A DNA stretch of 24,161 bases, from the IMG/VR virus record IMGVR_UViG_3300030104_007230, positions 62,001 through 86,161 of that record. One strand, given 5' to 3'. The position numbers were made by a program, and so were the translations under genes. Origin of the DNA: an uncultured virus (IMG/VR IMGVR_UViG_3300030104_007230) (taxonomy: Duplodnaviria; Heunggongvirae; Uroviricota; Caudoviricetes). The notes beneath the pieces are model-generated. The model ran no database searches, had not been told where the DNA came from, and saw only the letters and a list, made by a program, of their open reading frames with translations. Shown here piece after piece: positions 1 through 8,656 of this stretch. Every line of letters begins with the position of its first letter. The stretch's first letter is position 1.

Positions 1-392
1 TGGCTTATCCTTATGGAACATTACTAGAAACTACTGAAGTTGTAAATATTGATAGAGGTTTACAATATAAAGTTCAAAAGACTCAAACAGCTAACTCTAG
101 GAAAGTCTTAGGTGCTTATGGTGGTTCAATGAATGGTGGACCAAGTGGTGAAACCAACCTACATGATGCTCTTATATTAGGTGACGGTCATATCCTTGTT
201 AATAATGCTGGTGGAAACATTGAGGTAGGTGATGGTATTTGTTCTTCTGCAACAGCAGGTATAGGACAAAAAGCTACTGCTAACCCTTCAATGATTATAG
301 GTATAGCTCAAGAAGCCGTTACCTTTACTGGTACTGAAACTAAACTTGTAGCTGTTCAATATGGATTGCAACAGTTCACTCCTTGGTCTTAG
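1..392 (+). CDS. C-terminal part of a tail/tail-spike protein (5'-truncated by the window); end resembles a peptidase G2/intramolecular-chaperone-type domain
   Basis: Frame of ORF 129..392 is open back to position 3 (AYPYGTLLETTEVV...). The motif GDGHILVNNAGGNIEVGDGICSS..AGIGQKA..IIGIAQE is typical of phage tail-spike C-termini. Lies in the tail gene context. Confidence 0.55.
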   Translation, partial: AYPYGTLLETTEVVNIDRGLQYKVQKTQTANSRKVLGAYGGSMNGGPSGETNLHDALILGDGHILVNNAGGNIEVGDGICSSATAGIGQKATANPSMIIGIAQEAVTFTGTETKLVAVQYGLQQFTPWS

Positions 393-459
393 TTTTTTCT
401 GCACTTGCAAATTCATAATAAAAATAGAAGTATTAAAATACTTTTAAAAGGTTTTTAAA

Positions 460-783
460 ATGGCTTATTCCTATACATGGGAAATTAACGAAAAAAACAT
501 GATTTCTGATGTTTCTGATGGTTTTATTACCACTATTGTTTACAGAGTAAAAGGAATGGATGGAAGTAATGAAAAAGCTAGAGCAACTGGACAAATTGAA
601 TTAACAAAACCTTCTTCCTTGCCTAGTGATTTTATTGCTTTCAAGGATGTAACAAAAGAAAAATGCTTAGAGTGGGTTAAAGCTAATGCATCTATTGATG
701 TAACAAAGATAGAAGAAAATTTAAAAAATAAAATAGATATAATTAATTCACCCATTGAAAAAATAGGTGCACCTTGGGATTAA
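460..783 (+). CDS. Phage tail-fibre-associated small protein (YTWEI...PW family)
   Basis: 107 aa, MAYSYTWEI...FIAFKDVTKEKCLEWVK...APWD, a pattern common next to marine phage tail fibres. Sits between two tail genes. Confidence 0.6.
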   Translation: MAYSYTWEINEKNMISDVSDGFITTIVYRVKGMDGSNEKARATGQIELTKPSSLPSDFIAFKDVTKEKCLEWVKANASIDVTKIEENLKNKIDIINSPIEKIGAPWD

Positions 784-830
784 AGCGTTAGTCATTTTAA
801 ACTAGATGAATATCATAGTTAAAGTTTAAA

Positions 831-2195
831 ATGCCATACGTAGGAAGAGAAATAGTTAAAGGACAGAATCGAGAACTTGATGATATTTCAAGTAGTTTTA
901 ATTCTGGCAACACTGCTTTTACTATGCAGGTAGGAGGTGTTACAACTTCAGCTGCAAGTGTAAATCAAGTTTTTATAAGCCTTGGGGGTGTTATGCAACA
1001 TCCTGGAACAGATTATACAGTTTCTTCTAGTACACTAACTTTTACAACTGCACCTGATAGTGGACTAGCTTTTTGGGGTTTAATACAAGGTAATCAAGTT
1101 GATACAGGAACACCATCAGATGGAACGGTTGGTTCTTCTAAATTTGCAAGCGGCGATCTTACTTTCCCAAGTGATATAATTATTCCTGACAAGATTGTTC
1201 ATACTGGTGATACAAATACATCAATTAGATTTCCTGCTGCCGATACAATTACAGGAGAAACAGGTGGTACTGAAAGACTTCGCATCGACTCAAGTGGACG
1301 AATTCTTGTAGGAACAACTTCATATAAAACAAACTTAAACTCTTCTGCAGATGTATCAGGACAGCTTGCACAGTTTGTAGGAGCTGCAGATGATACTAAT
1401 AAATGTGTTGGTATATTTGCATATTCAGGAACTTCAAACCCTACAGCAAGAGGTGCAAAATTACAGTTAAACAGAGCTAGATCTACTGATGGAAGTACGA
1501 ATACTGCTCTAGCTAATAATGATCTTATTGGAACAATTGAATTTAAAGGTAATGATGGCACTAACTTTTCATCAGCAGCAAAAATTAATTGTTTTGTAGA
1601 GGATACTAGTGTTGCTGCTGATCATATGGGTGGCAGATTGGCCTTTAGTACCAGTGCTGATGGTTCTGCTGTACCAACAGAAAGACTCCGCATCGATTCA
1701 AGTGGAAACGTAAAAATACTTGACGGCGATCTAGTAATAGGAACTGCTGGTCACGGTATTGACTTTAGTGCTACTTCAGGTACAGGTACTTCAGAACTTT
1801 TGGCAGATTATGAAGAAGGAACTTTTACGCCTACTTGGGGTGGTGCTGAGGTTAGTAGCATAACTTATAGTACTCAATTCGGTAAGTATACGAAAATCGG
1901 TAATCGTGTATTTGGTGGATTAAGACTTACTGCCACCAGCTTTACTGGGTCTGGAGGTATTGCTCAAATAAATGGGTTTCCTTTTACAGCATTTAACAAT
2001 ACAAGCTCATATCACCATTTTACTTTTGGACACTTGACTGGGTTTAGTTATACAGGAGCTCCATATGGATACATTGTTTCTAATCAGAGTCATGCAAAAT
2101 TAACAACTAATACTAACGGAACAAACGCTTCTGTTGCTTATCCGAGTTCTACAACTATAGATATTATAGCTAGTTTTATGTACGAAGCAGCATAG
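831..2195 (+). CDS. Tail fibre protein (cyanophage-type)
   Basis: 454 aa, G/S/T-rich. N-terminal MPYVGR..ELDDISSSFN..GGVMQHPGTDYT module; KIVHTGDTNTSIRFPAADT; two ERLRIDSSG repeats; C-terminal GIDFSA..LADYEEGTFTP..GKYTKIGNRV module. Confidence 0.85.
   Translation: MPYVGREIVKGQNRELDDISSSFNSGNTAFTMQVGGVTTSAASVNQVFISLGGVMQHPGTDYTVSSSTLTFTTAPDSGLAFWGLIQGNQVDTGTPSDGTVGSSKFASGDLTFPSDIIIPDKIVHTGDTNTSIRFPAADTITGETGGTERLRIDSSGRILVGTTSYKTNLNSSADVSGQLAQFVGAADDTNKCVGIFAYSGTSNPTARGAKLQLNRARSTDGSTNTALANNDLIGTIEFKGNDGTNFSSAAKINCFVEDTSVAADHMGGRLAFSTSADGSAVPTERLRIDSSGNVKILDGDLVIGTAGHGIDFSATSGTGTSELLADYEEGTFTPTWGGAEVSSITYSTQFGKYTKIGNRVFGGLRLTATSFTGSGGIAQINGFPFTAFNNTSSYHHFTFGHLTGFSYTGAPYGYIVSNQSHAKLTTNTNGTNASVAYPSSTTIDIIASFMYEAA
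1272..1706 (+). repeat. 27-nt direct repeat pair within the tail fibre gene (1272-1298 and 1680-1706) encoding ERLRIDSSG
   Basis: gaaagacttcgcatcgactcaagtgga vs gaaagactccgcatcgattcaagtgga, 25/27 identical. Confidence 0.85.
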
Positions 2196-2236
2196 CTCTT
2201 TTGAAGACTAGACCGTTAGTTACAGGTGTTTAATAA

Positions 2237-2590
2237 ATGAAAGAAGATAGCTATCACTCTTTACAACGTGAACAAAATGAGAGAATTAAATCTTTAGAAA
2301 CTAAAGTTGATGATCTCGAAGAAGAAGTAGCTAAATATAAAGATAAAGAGCACGAATCCTTAAATCAACGAATTCGAAAACTTGAAAAATGGATTTGGGG
2401 AGCTGGTGCTGTTATAGCTTCGGCTATTGCAGGATTTGGTATTATGGAAATAACAGACTTTGGTTTTCAAACAACTACTAAACAGGTAAAAGAGCACAGA
2501 AAATTTCTTAAAGAAACAGTTATTCCAGCTTTTGAACTTAGTAATTGGCTTGGAAAAAACTTTACAGGTAAACCTGAATGGTCAAAGTAA
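2237..2590 (+). CDS. Coiled-coil plus single-TM protein (XhlA/holin-like architecture)
   Basis: N-terminal heptad-like charged helix, then RIRKLEKWIWGAGAVIASAIAGFGI hydrophobic segment. Located at the end of the tail module. Confidence 0.5.
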   Translation: MKEDSYHSLQREQNERIKSLETKVDDLEEEVAKYKDKEHESLNQRIRKLEKWIWGAGAVIASAIAGFGIMEITDFGFQTTTKQVKEHRKFLKETVIPAFELSNWLGKNFTGKPEWSK

Positions 2591-2603
2591 ATTTAATGAG
2601 TAT

Positions 2604-2879
2604 TTAAAACTGTCTAATTGAAGAGTTAGCAGGAGTTCTTGGAACCATCTTCCCATCTTGCATAACAAATTGTCCTGCAAATGGGTTATAAATTTCTTCT
2701 CCTAATCCCGAAAGATCATTTCTTTCAGGTGGAGCTACTCCTAATGAAGCACCTAAATAAGGATTAGAAGGTTGTTCTGCTTCACGCATTTCTTGTCCCA
2801 TAATTGCTTCTGAACCTTGCATTGCTTCCATTGCATCCATATATGCTTTAAGGTGTTTTTTACCTACGTCTTCAGGCAT
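2604..2879 (-). CDS. Hypothetical protein
   Basis: 91-aa ORF with ATG start and a -10-like TAAACT about 22 nt upstream. Confidence 0.6.
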   Translation of the reverse strand: MPEDVGKKHLKAYMDAMEAMQGSEAIMGQEMREAEQPSNPYLGASLGVAPPERNDLSGLGEEIYNPFAGQFVMQDGKMVPRTPANSSIRQF

Positions 2880-2935
2880 CTTGTTTTAAATACTTTTCTT
2901 TAGTTTACGACAACCACATCAATTAAAATAAGAAA

Positions 2936-3028
2936 ATGGAAGAATTTGCTTACTTATTTGCTTGGACCTATATAGTAGCTTTTTTAATAGTGTTTCTTTT
3001 TAAATTTATACAAGATACGGAGAATTAA
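2936..3028 (+). CDS. 30-aa single-TM microprotein (MEEFAYLFAWTYIVAFLIVFLFKFIQDTEN), not in ORF track
   Basis: Translated by hand. TAAAAT -10-like box just upstream; stop overlaps the convergent ORF's stop at TTAA (3025-3028). Confidence 0.5.
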   Translation: MEEFAYLFAWTYIVAFLIVFLFKFIQDTEN

Positions 3029-3186
3029 AATTCTAATAAAATATGATCAATAGAATTAGGATGCTCTTGAACAAATTTAACTGATTCCATTATTACTTCT
3101 CTGGCTTCAAAAGAGTTGCTTGCATAAGCACAGACATCTTGATGATGATGTTGGGAATCATAGTAACCAACTGTATAGTGATTCAT
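3025..3186 (-). CDS. 53-aa Prochlorococcus/cyanophage-type small protein (MNHYTVGYYDSQHHHQDVCAYASNSFEAREVIMESVKFVQEHPNSIDHILLEF), not in ORF track
   Basis: Translated by hand. The HYTVGY..D..H..C.YA...EA....F..EHP.SID pattern is recognisable from picocyanobacterial and cyanophage hypothetical proteins. Confidence 0.75.
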   Translation of the reverse strand: MNHYTVGYYDSQHHHQDVCAYASNSFEAREVIMESVKFVQEHPNSIDHILLEF

Positions 3187-3263
3187 TATCAATCTATAAG
3201 TTTATATTCTTACTATAAGATTTAGAAAACATAATATTCCTATAGATGTCAAAGAAACACAAT

Positions 3264-3289
3264 AAAAAACCCCTCAAATAGAGGGGCTT
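3264..3289 (-). terminator. Intrinsic terminator downstream of psbA
   Basis: Minus strand: AAGCCCCTC-TATTT-GAGGGG followed by TTTTTT. Confidence 0.85.
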
Positions 3290-3314
3290 AATGAGCTAGG
3301 TGTAAGGTGATTAT

Positions 3315-4400
3315 TTACCCAATAGCAGGCGCTATAAGAGCAACTGGGGTAGACTCAGCAGCAGCTAAATCAAGAGGGAAGTTGTGAGCGTTACGCTCGT
3401 GCATTACTTCCATACCAAGGTTTGCTCTATTAAGAACATCTGCCCATGTTGGTACCACTTTTCCAGAAGAGTCAACAACTGATTGGTTAAAGTTAAATCC
3501 ATTCAAGTTGAAGGCCATGGTGCATATACCCATTGAGGTAAGCCAGACGCAAATAACAGGCCAAGAAGCAAGAAAGAAATGTAAACTACGAGAGTTGTTA
3601 AAGGAGGCGTATTGGAAGATAAGACGTCCGAAGTAGCCATGCGCTGCGACGATGTTGTATGTTTCTTCCTCTTGTCCGAATTTGTAGCCATAATTTTGGG
3701 AATCTAATCCTGTTGTTTCACGAATAAGTGAAGATGTAACAAGTGACCCATGCATAGCACTAAACAAAGCACCGCCAAACATACCCGCCACACCTGCCAT
3801 GTGGAATGGATGCATGAGGATATTATGTTCCGCCTGGAAGACAAACATAAAGTTGAACGTGCCTGAAATGCCGAGAGGCATACCGTCACTGAATGATCCT
3901 TGTCCGAAAGGATAGACGAGGAATACAGCAAAAGCGGCTGAGACTGGTGCGGAGTAAGCAACACAAATCCAAGGACGCATTCCTAGTCGATAACTAAGTT
4001 CCCATTGTCGTCCCATGTAAGCTGAGATACCGATGAGAAAGTGGAATATAACGAGTTGATATGGTCCACCGTTATACAACCACTCGTCGATGGTTGCAGC
4101 TTCCCAGATTGGGTAGAAGTGAAGACCGATTGCGTTCGAACTGGGAACAACGGCTCCTGAGATGATGTTGTTTCCATATAAAAAAGAACCTGCTACAGGT
4201 TCGCGAATACCGTCAATATCGACGGGTGGAGCAGCAATAAATGCCACGATGAAACAAGCTGCAGCTGTTAATAAGCAAGGAATCATAATGACTCCAAACC
4301 AACCTACATAGATGCGATTGTTTGTGGAAGTAGTCCACTCACAAAACTCGTCCCATCCTTGTAATAAACTGCCACTTCTTTTTAAAGAAGATGTTGTCAT
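3315..4400 (-). CDS. psbA: Photosystem II reaction centre protein D1
   Basis: 361 aa, unmistakable D1 ([43 protein letters not shown]). Gln at the 130-equivalent (MGRQWE). Intron-free. Confidence 0.99.
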   Translation of the reverse strand: MTTSSLKRSGSLLQGWDEFCEWTTSTNNRIYVGWFGVIMIPCLLTAAACFIVAFIAAPPVDIDGIREPVAGSFLYGNNIISGAVVPSSNAIGLHFYPIWEAATIDEWLYNGGPYQLVIFHFLIGISAYMGRQWELSYRLGMRPWICVAYSAPVSAAFAVFLVYPFGQGSFSDGMPLGISGTFNFMFVFQAEHNILMHPFHMAGVAGMFGGALFSAMHGSLVTSSLIRETTGLDSQNYGYKFGQEEETYNIVAAHGYFGRLIFQYASFNNSRSLHFFLASWPVICVWLTSMGICTMAFNLNGFNFNQSVVDSSGKVVPTWADVLNRANLGMEVMHERNAHNFPLDLAAAESTPVALIAPAIG

Positions 4401-4430
4401 TAGAAAGTAATAGTACGATTAACTTGTAAG

Positions 4431-4466
4431 ATGAGAGATTTTTCCCCTTGATCTCGGTTTGAGGAT
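4431..4466 (-). ncRNA. PhotoRC-II-type cis-regulatory RNA in the psbA leader
   Basis: Minus strand ATCCTCAAACCGAGATCAAGGGGAAAAATCTCTCAT: CCTC/GGGG stem plus GAGAT/ATCTC pseudoknot pairing, about 30 nt before the psbA ATG. Matches the layout of the PhotoRC-II motif known from cyanophage psbA leaders. Confidence 0.75.
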
Positions 4467-4508
4467 AAAAAAAGACAACGAAAATTCGTCATCTTAATTA
4501 GTTTAACA
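4467..4508 (-). promoter_or_regulatory. Putative psbA promoter (extended -10 TG-T-TAAACT, 4508-4500) followed by a hairpin and U-tract
   Basis: Minus strand ...TGTTAAACTaatt-AAGATGACGAA-TT-TTCGTTGTCTT-TTTT. The hairpin could be a 5' stem-loop or the terminator of the upstream primase gene. Confidence 0.55.
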
Positions 4509-4532
4509 GCATTGTTTGTTTATCAAGACATT

Positions 4533-7151
4533 CTATTCGGACTCTTTTCCTTCTGGCAAAATCGTTGGAAAATCTTTGTATTTTAGATCAGATTTACGTG
4601 GTGCAAGACCTTTTATCAATGGCATTCCTTTACGAGTAAACGTAAAAACATTAGTCATACCAAGCTGACTCTTACAGCAATCCATTAATAAAGTAATAAA
4701 ACGTTTTTGACCTACAGCTTTAGAACCAGTTGCATCACAATGTTCGCAATAACTTGGATAAAGGTGAAAAGAACTATTGAAATACCTTTCAGAATTCTCT
4801 TTATTATTGTTAGGAATTTTTTTACCTACAGGAACAACATTATCATTATCTAAAACAACTTCTGATTGTAGCCATTCAATTAAGTTGTTACTTGTAACCA
4901 TAATATTGTTACGTACTTTTTTAAGAGAAGGAGCAGCTTCATAGGTATCTAATAGATAATGTCTCATTTCTTTTTCATTCATTTCTAAAACCCAATTCAC
5001 TAAGCCAGGTAAACAATCTTTCCATAAGCCTGTTACACGGCCTTTTTCAATTTTGATCATATCTTTTGCTTCCGAATTTTTATTATAAAGTTTTCTATTA
5101 AATTCAATTGTTAAACGACGTCTAATTAGTCCGCTTGTGTTATCTGTTGTTTGTATAGGCTCATTGGCTGCAACCATAACCATGCCTGTATAAACAAAAG
5201 GTTCACCAATATTTTTCATTTTTTCTTCATATCTAAGATTGTCTCCTCCTGTTAATGCTTTGAAAACCTGAGCAGAACCGCCATATCTTTCTGAATCATT
5301 AATTAATGTCATTCTTTTTCCTTTTATTGAAGATAATTCAAAACGAGATTGTTCTAGCTGGTTAAGAGTTGTACTTGCATAATTACCAGCGCCAACTAAG
5401 GCACAACAAAGATTGGCAAAAGTAGATTTACCACGTCCCCCTGGACCAACAATTTCTAAAAAACGTTGTAATTCGTGTCCATGCCCTACTAAACAAGCAC
5501 GTAACCATGCACGTAAAACTTGAACACGAGCTTCATCTTTATATTGAGTCCTTTCAATCCATTCAGTAATTGGACCAGGGCTTATTTCAGGGTTATATTT
5601 AAAATCTAAACCCCAAGTTACATAGTCTTCTTTTGTATGTTCAGTAAAATCTCCTGTTGCAACTTCTAAAATTCCATTTAAAAAGACAATTTTTTCAGTA
5701 TTGTCATTCCAATCAACTCTAGAAATTTTTTGTTTAAGTAGTTCAACTACATCTGATACTAAGTTTGCACTAAAACCTGCTGGCGTATATGACCTATTAG
5801 TAGTTAATTCATCCTGTACAACGTGATGAAATTCTTTTCTATATTCTTCACGTCTCCAAAAACCTCGATTTGACATGTAGTACATGAACGTATCAAAACG
5901 AGGGTCATAACACCAACCCATTCCAAGTGCCCATTCTTGTAGGTATTCAGAAATAACTGAAGAAGGAGGATTTTTTATTTTCCCATTACCACTTTTGCTA
6001 CCTCTTTTAAACGTATTACTCTCTATAAAATTAGGTAATTCGTTATCATTTAAAATATTTTCAATAGAAGGCTCATCTTCAAAAGAGGATATTAATTGAT
6101 TTAAAAACTGACTATCAGCTGATTCATTTTCTTTTTCAACTTTCTCTTTAATTTGTTCAAAAGACATAGCTGTATAACCTCCTAAATCAACCCAACCATC
6201 TTCTTTAGCCATCGCTTTAAGAGTTTTTAAACCTCTACCTTCTGGAGGGTTAGGTCCTCCAGGTAGGCGTTCAAAGCTTCTCCATTTATCCTCACAAGCG
6301 CCTGACTCAAATGCTTCAGACTTTAATGACCATTCAACCCAAGCGCCTAACAAGTCTTCATTAATTTGGTGAAGAGACATTCCAACAGCTAACCATTCTT
6401 CATAGTCATTACATCTATCTATACTTAGATGTTGTAGATATTCACATGCTTCCTCATAAATAGCTTCTTGTTTATAGGTGCTATCTTCATCGTAAAATAG
6501 ATGAATATTTTGACCAATAACTGGTGTTACTTGGTTATTTCCTCGTCTATATTTCGAAGATGGAAATGCATCAGAAATAGCTTTATATAACCATTCAGGC
6601 ATGTCTGGAAGATTTTTTACATATTCAAAACCGCCATGCGAAGTTGTTTTATAACCTTCAGTTTGAGGATGTGCACCCATAAGTGCTCCTTGACGAGAAC
6701 GCCAAAGAATTTCCCAAGGAGCTTTATCAACTTTTATTGTTGCTCTATCTGGTAATTTTTGAATTTTTTCATTAGGAATTCTAAATAACAACCTAAATTT
6801 TCCTTTTTTTCCACTTGAAATAGTTAATGTTTTAGGAAATATTGAATGTATTGGTCCACCACCAAGTTTTTCAATTTCAGGTATAGCCTCTTCACCATCA
6901 ACATCTACAAAAATTAAACCATATTCATTACAAAATTGGCCACATAAAAGACCGACCCCTGTAGCTCTCCCTTCCTCCAATTCTTTCTTAATCTGTGAAA
7001 GAGTATAAGGATTTTTAGTCCAACCGCCGACATAAGCTTTCTTACCTTGCAAGGGAGTAAGGGGCCAATCAACTGGTATGTAATCTAAATTAATCTCTCC
7101 AGATTCTAAAGACTTTTCAGGTGGTGTAGCGTCAGGAACGGATATTGTCAT
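4533..7151 (-). CDS. Primase-helicase: N-terminal Prim-Pol (AEP) domain, PriCT-2, D5_N and SF3 (D5/P4-type) helicase
   Basis: 872 aa. WPLTPLQGKKAY..GVGLLCG..LIFVDVDG..TISSGK (Prim-Pol); DYEEWLAVGMSLH..WVEWS..CEDKWRSF (PriCT-2); IVFLNGIL (D5_N); Walker A GPGGRGKST; FKALTGGD..RYEEK..AANE..RRRL (SF3). Confidence 0.92.
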   Translation of the reverse strand: MTISVPDATPPEKSLESGEINLDYIPVDWPLTPLQGKKAYVGGWTKNPYTLSQIKKELEEGRATGVGLLCGQFCNEYGLIFVDVDGEEAIPEIEKLGGGPIHSIFPKTLTISSGKKGKFRLLFRIPNEKIQKLPDRATIKVDKAPWEILWRSRQGALMGAHPQTEGYKTTSHGGFEYVKNLPDMPEWLYKAISDAFPSSKYRRGNNQVTPVIGQNIHLFYDEDSTYKQEAIYEEACEYLQHLSIDRCNDYEEWLAVGMSLHQINEDLLGAWVEWSLKSEAFESGACEDKWRSFERLPGGPNPPEGRGLKTLKAMAKEDGWVDLGGYTAMSFEQIKEKVEKENESADSQFLNQLISSFEDEPSIENILNDNELPNFIESNTFKRGSKSGNGKIKNPPSSVISEYLQEWALGMGWCYDPRFDTFMYYMSNRGFWRREEYRKEFHHVVQDELTTNRSYTPAGFSANLVSDVVELLKQKISRVDWNDNTEKIVFLNGILEVATGDFTEHTKEDYVTWGLDFKYNPEISPGPITEWIERTQYKDEARVQVLRAWLRACLVGHGHELQRFLEIVGPGGRGKSTFANLCCALVGAGNYASTTLNQLEQSRFELSSIKGKRMTLINDSERYGGSAQVFKALTGGDNLRYEEKMKNIGEPFVYTGMVMVAANEPIQTTDNTSGLIRRRLTIEFNRKLYNKNSEAKDMIKIEKGRVTGLWKDCLPGLVNWVLEMNEKEMRHYLLDTYEAAPSLKKVRNNIMVTSNNLIEWLQSEVVLDNDNVVPVGKKIPNNNKENSERYFNSSFHLYPSYCEHCDATGSKAVGQKRFITLLMDCCKSQLGMTNVFTFTRKGMPLIKGLAPRKSDLKYKDFPTILPEGKESE

Positions 7152-7177
7152 CTAGTTATTTACACTTAGGTTTAATA

Positions 7178-7205
7178 TGGTTGTCTCAGGATAACCACTA
7201 TATCA
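7178..7205 (-). promoter_or_regulatory. Putative primase-helicase promoter (TG-A-TATAGT) with an adjoining inverted repeat
   Basis: Extended -10 at 7205-7197. Imperfect palindrome TGGTTGTC-tcag-GATAACCA (7178-7197) covers the expected start site. Confidence 0.5.
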
Positions 7206-7261
7206 GATTTTGAACAGAGGAAACTTTAAGGAGAACTAAAATTAATCTAACGGGAATAGAC

Positions 7262-8206
7262 CTATCCTTCTTTTTTATCTAAATCAATCGCTTCCATTTC
7301 TATTTCAGGAATATTATAAAATTCTTTATAGTACTTATCAACAGTTGCCAACCATTTTTCTTTGTATTTTTGAATTGTTCTTTGTTGGATAGCAAAAACT
7401 TGTGAACGTTGAGTAGTAGCAACAATGATCATATGAATATCTGGTTTGATTCCAATTGTATGTTCAATAGCTAAATCATATGCAGCTAATTGCATACAAC
7501 ATTTTTGATATTTTATAAAACCAGCTCTTCTCATTCCATATTCATTTTTAGGAGTACTTCCATCTGGCCAACGACCATAATAAAGACCATTTGAAGTTTT
7601 TAAATCTCCTAAAACAGTTTTTCCTTTATAAGTAGCAATAATGTCAGGAGCACCTGCCCATCCATAAGTTTCATTTTCAACTATACCTGGATGCCAAACT
7701 CGACTAATTCCATCTCCTCCAATAGTCCAAGCGTAATCATCGGGATTTGCAGGATTTTCAGCCCATATAACTTTTTCAAATTTATCTAACTTTTCAGGGA
7801 GATCTTTCCAAAAAGGTTCTACAAAATCTTTTATAAATTCAGGATCTTCATCTTTTTCATGTTTAAAATCTTTTTCACCTAAAAGATAATGTTCCATTCT
7901 ACTGTGAACAGCAGTACCTCTTCTTGCTGCTTCTTCTTTTTTTCCTGGATTTTTTTTATTCCACCGTTCAAGAGAAGCTTTATTACCTTGTGTAGCTGAA
8001 AGAATTGTAGTTACAGAAGGTAAGGCTCCAAAAGGACTTTTATAATGCCTAGAACCCTCAATACTTAGTCGTGTGTCTCCTAAAGACTTATAATCCACGT
8101 ATTGAGAAAAATAATTCTTCTTAGAGTAAGGGGTACAAACCTTTAAACTAATATTTTCTTTGCTAATAACTTCAGCTTTTATATCTAAAATTTGGGAAGA
8201 AGACAA
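7262..8206 (-). CDS. PD-(D/E)XK exonuclease (phage exonuclease/MGME1/Cas4-like fold)
   Basis: PSVTTILS, RGTAVH..ME.YL, AGAPD, LGDLKTS and QLAAY..A motifs. TTG start, so the true start is uncertain. Confidence 0.85.
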   Translation of the reverse strand: MSSSQILDIKAEVISKENISLKVCTPYSKKNYFSQYVDYKSLGDTRLSIEGSRHYKSPFGALPSVTTILSATQGNKASLERWNKKNPGKKEEAARRGTAVHSRMEHYLLGEKDFKHEKDEDPEFIKDFVEPFWKDLPEKLDKFEKVIWAENPANPDDYAWTIGGDGISRVWHPGIVENETYGWAGAPDIIATYKGKTVLGDLKTSNGLYYGRWPDGSTPKNEYGMRRAGFIKYQKCCMQLAAYDLAIEHTIGIKPDIHMIIVATTQRSQVFAIQQRTIQKYKEKWLATVDKYYKEFYNIPEIEMEAIDLDKKEG

Positions 8207-8238
8207 AAGCTGAAATCAATTAGCTATAAATTAACAGT

Positions 8239-8433
8239 TTAGAAAACCCCTGGCAACACTTGCCCAGTTGTTAAATAAGAACCTAATAAAGCAACAAAAC
8301 CAATCATTGCCCAACGACCATTAGTTTTTTCTGCTTCTTCTGGATAGTTTGTATAGTTTTCTATTAACTGTGGTTTTGTTTCACGGCCAAAAATATTCTG
8401 TTTGCCGTATTCAGTAATAACTTGAGAATTCAT
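8239..8433 (-). CDS. hli: High-light inducible protein
   Basis: AEKTNGRWAMIGF chlorophyll-binding motif and TTGQVLPGVF terminus. N-terminus TEYGKQNIF.RET.P is Prochlorococcus/cyanophage-type. Confidence 0.96.
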   Translation of the reverse strand: MNSQVITEYGKQNIFGRETKPQLIENYTNYPEEAEKTNGRWAMIGFVALLGSYLTTGQVLPGVF

Positions 8434-8583
8434 TTAAAAAATTCCTGGAATAAGTTGACCAGTTGTTGCATAAGCACCTAAAGCAGCTACAACACCGAGC
8501 ATTGCAGCCCAACCATTTATACGTTCTGCATCAATTTTCTGTTGTTCAATGGCAATAGCTTTAACAGCTGAATTAGAAGTCAT
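8434..8583 (-). CDS. hli: High-light inducible protein, 49 aa, not in ORF track (MTSNSAVKAIAIEQQKIDAERINGWAAMLGVVAALGAYATTGQLIPGIF)
   Basis: Translated by hand. AERINGWAAMLG and TTGQLIPGIF motifs; its TAA directly abuts the ATG of the downstream hli. Confidence 0.96.
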   Translation of the reverse strand: MTSNSAVKAIAIEQQKIDAERINGWAAMLGVVAALGAYATTGQLIPGIF

Positions 8584-8609
8584 TTTTATTAGTAAGTATT
8601 GACCTTTAT

Positions 8610-8652
8610 ATATTACATTAAGTTTTGTTAAGTACTAGGTATTTTTTCTTAC
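8610..8652 (-). promoter_or_regulatory. Putative NtcA-type promoter of the hli pair: GTA-N8-TAC (8639-8652), 23-nt spacer, -10 TAATAT (8615-8610)
   Basis: Perfect GTA-N8-TAC core at class-II activator spacing. A degenerate HLR1/RpaB-like direct repeat (TTAACAAA-ac-TTAATGTA, 8631-8614) lies in the spacer. Confidence 0.55.
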
Positions 8653-8656
8653 GGTT

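Noticed and set aside
540..1561. Antisense ORFs 540..755 and 1199..1561
   Set aside because: Fully inside well-supported plus-strand tail genes; explained by codon bias.
3503..4177. Alternate-frame ORFs inside psbA (3503..3691, 3704..3964, 3983..4177)
   Set aside because: Same-strand shadows of a highly conserved, more GC-rich gene; no recognisable motifs.
7262..8206. Cas4/CRISPR system
   Set aside because: No repeat-spacer array or other cas genes in the window, and no four-cysteine Fe-S pattern; a stand-alone phage exonuclease is the simpler reading.
8614..8631. Confident HLR1 (RpaB) site upstream of hli
   Set aside because: Only one half-site fits well (7/8 and 5/8) in AT-rich DNA; plausible but not supportable as a separate feature.
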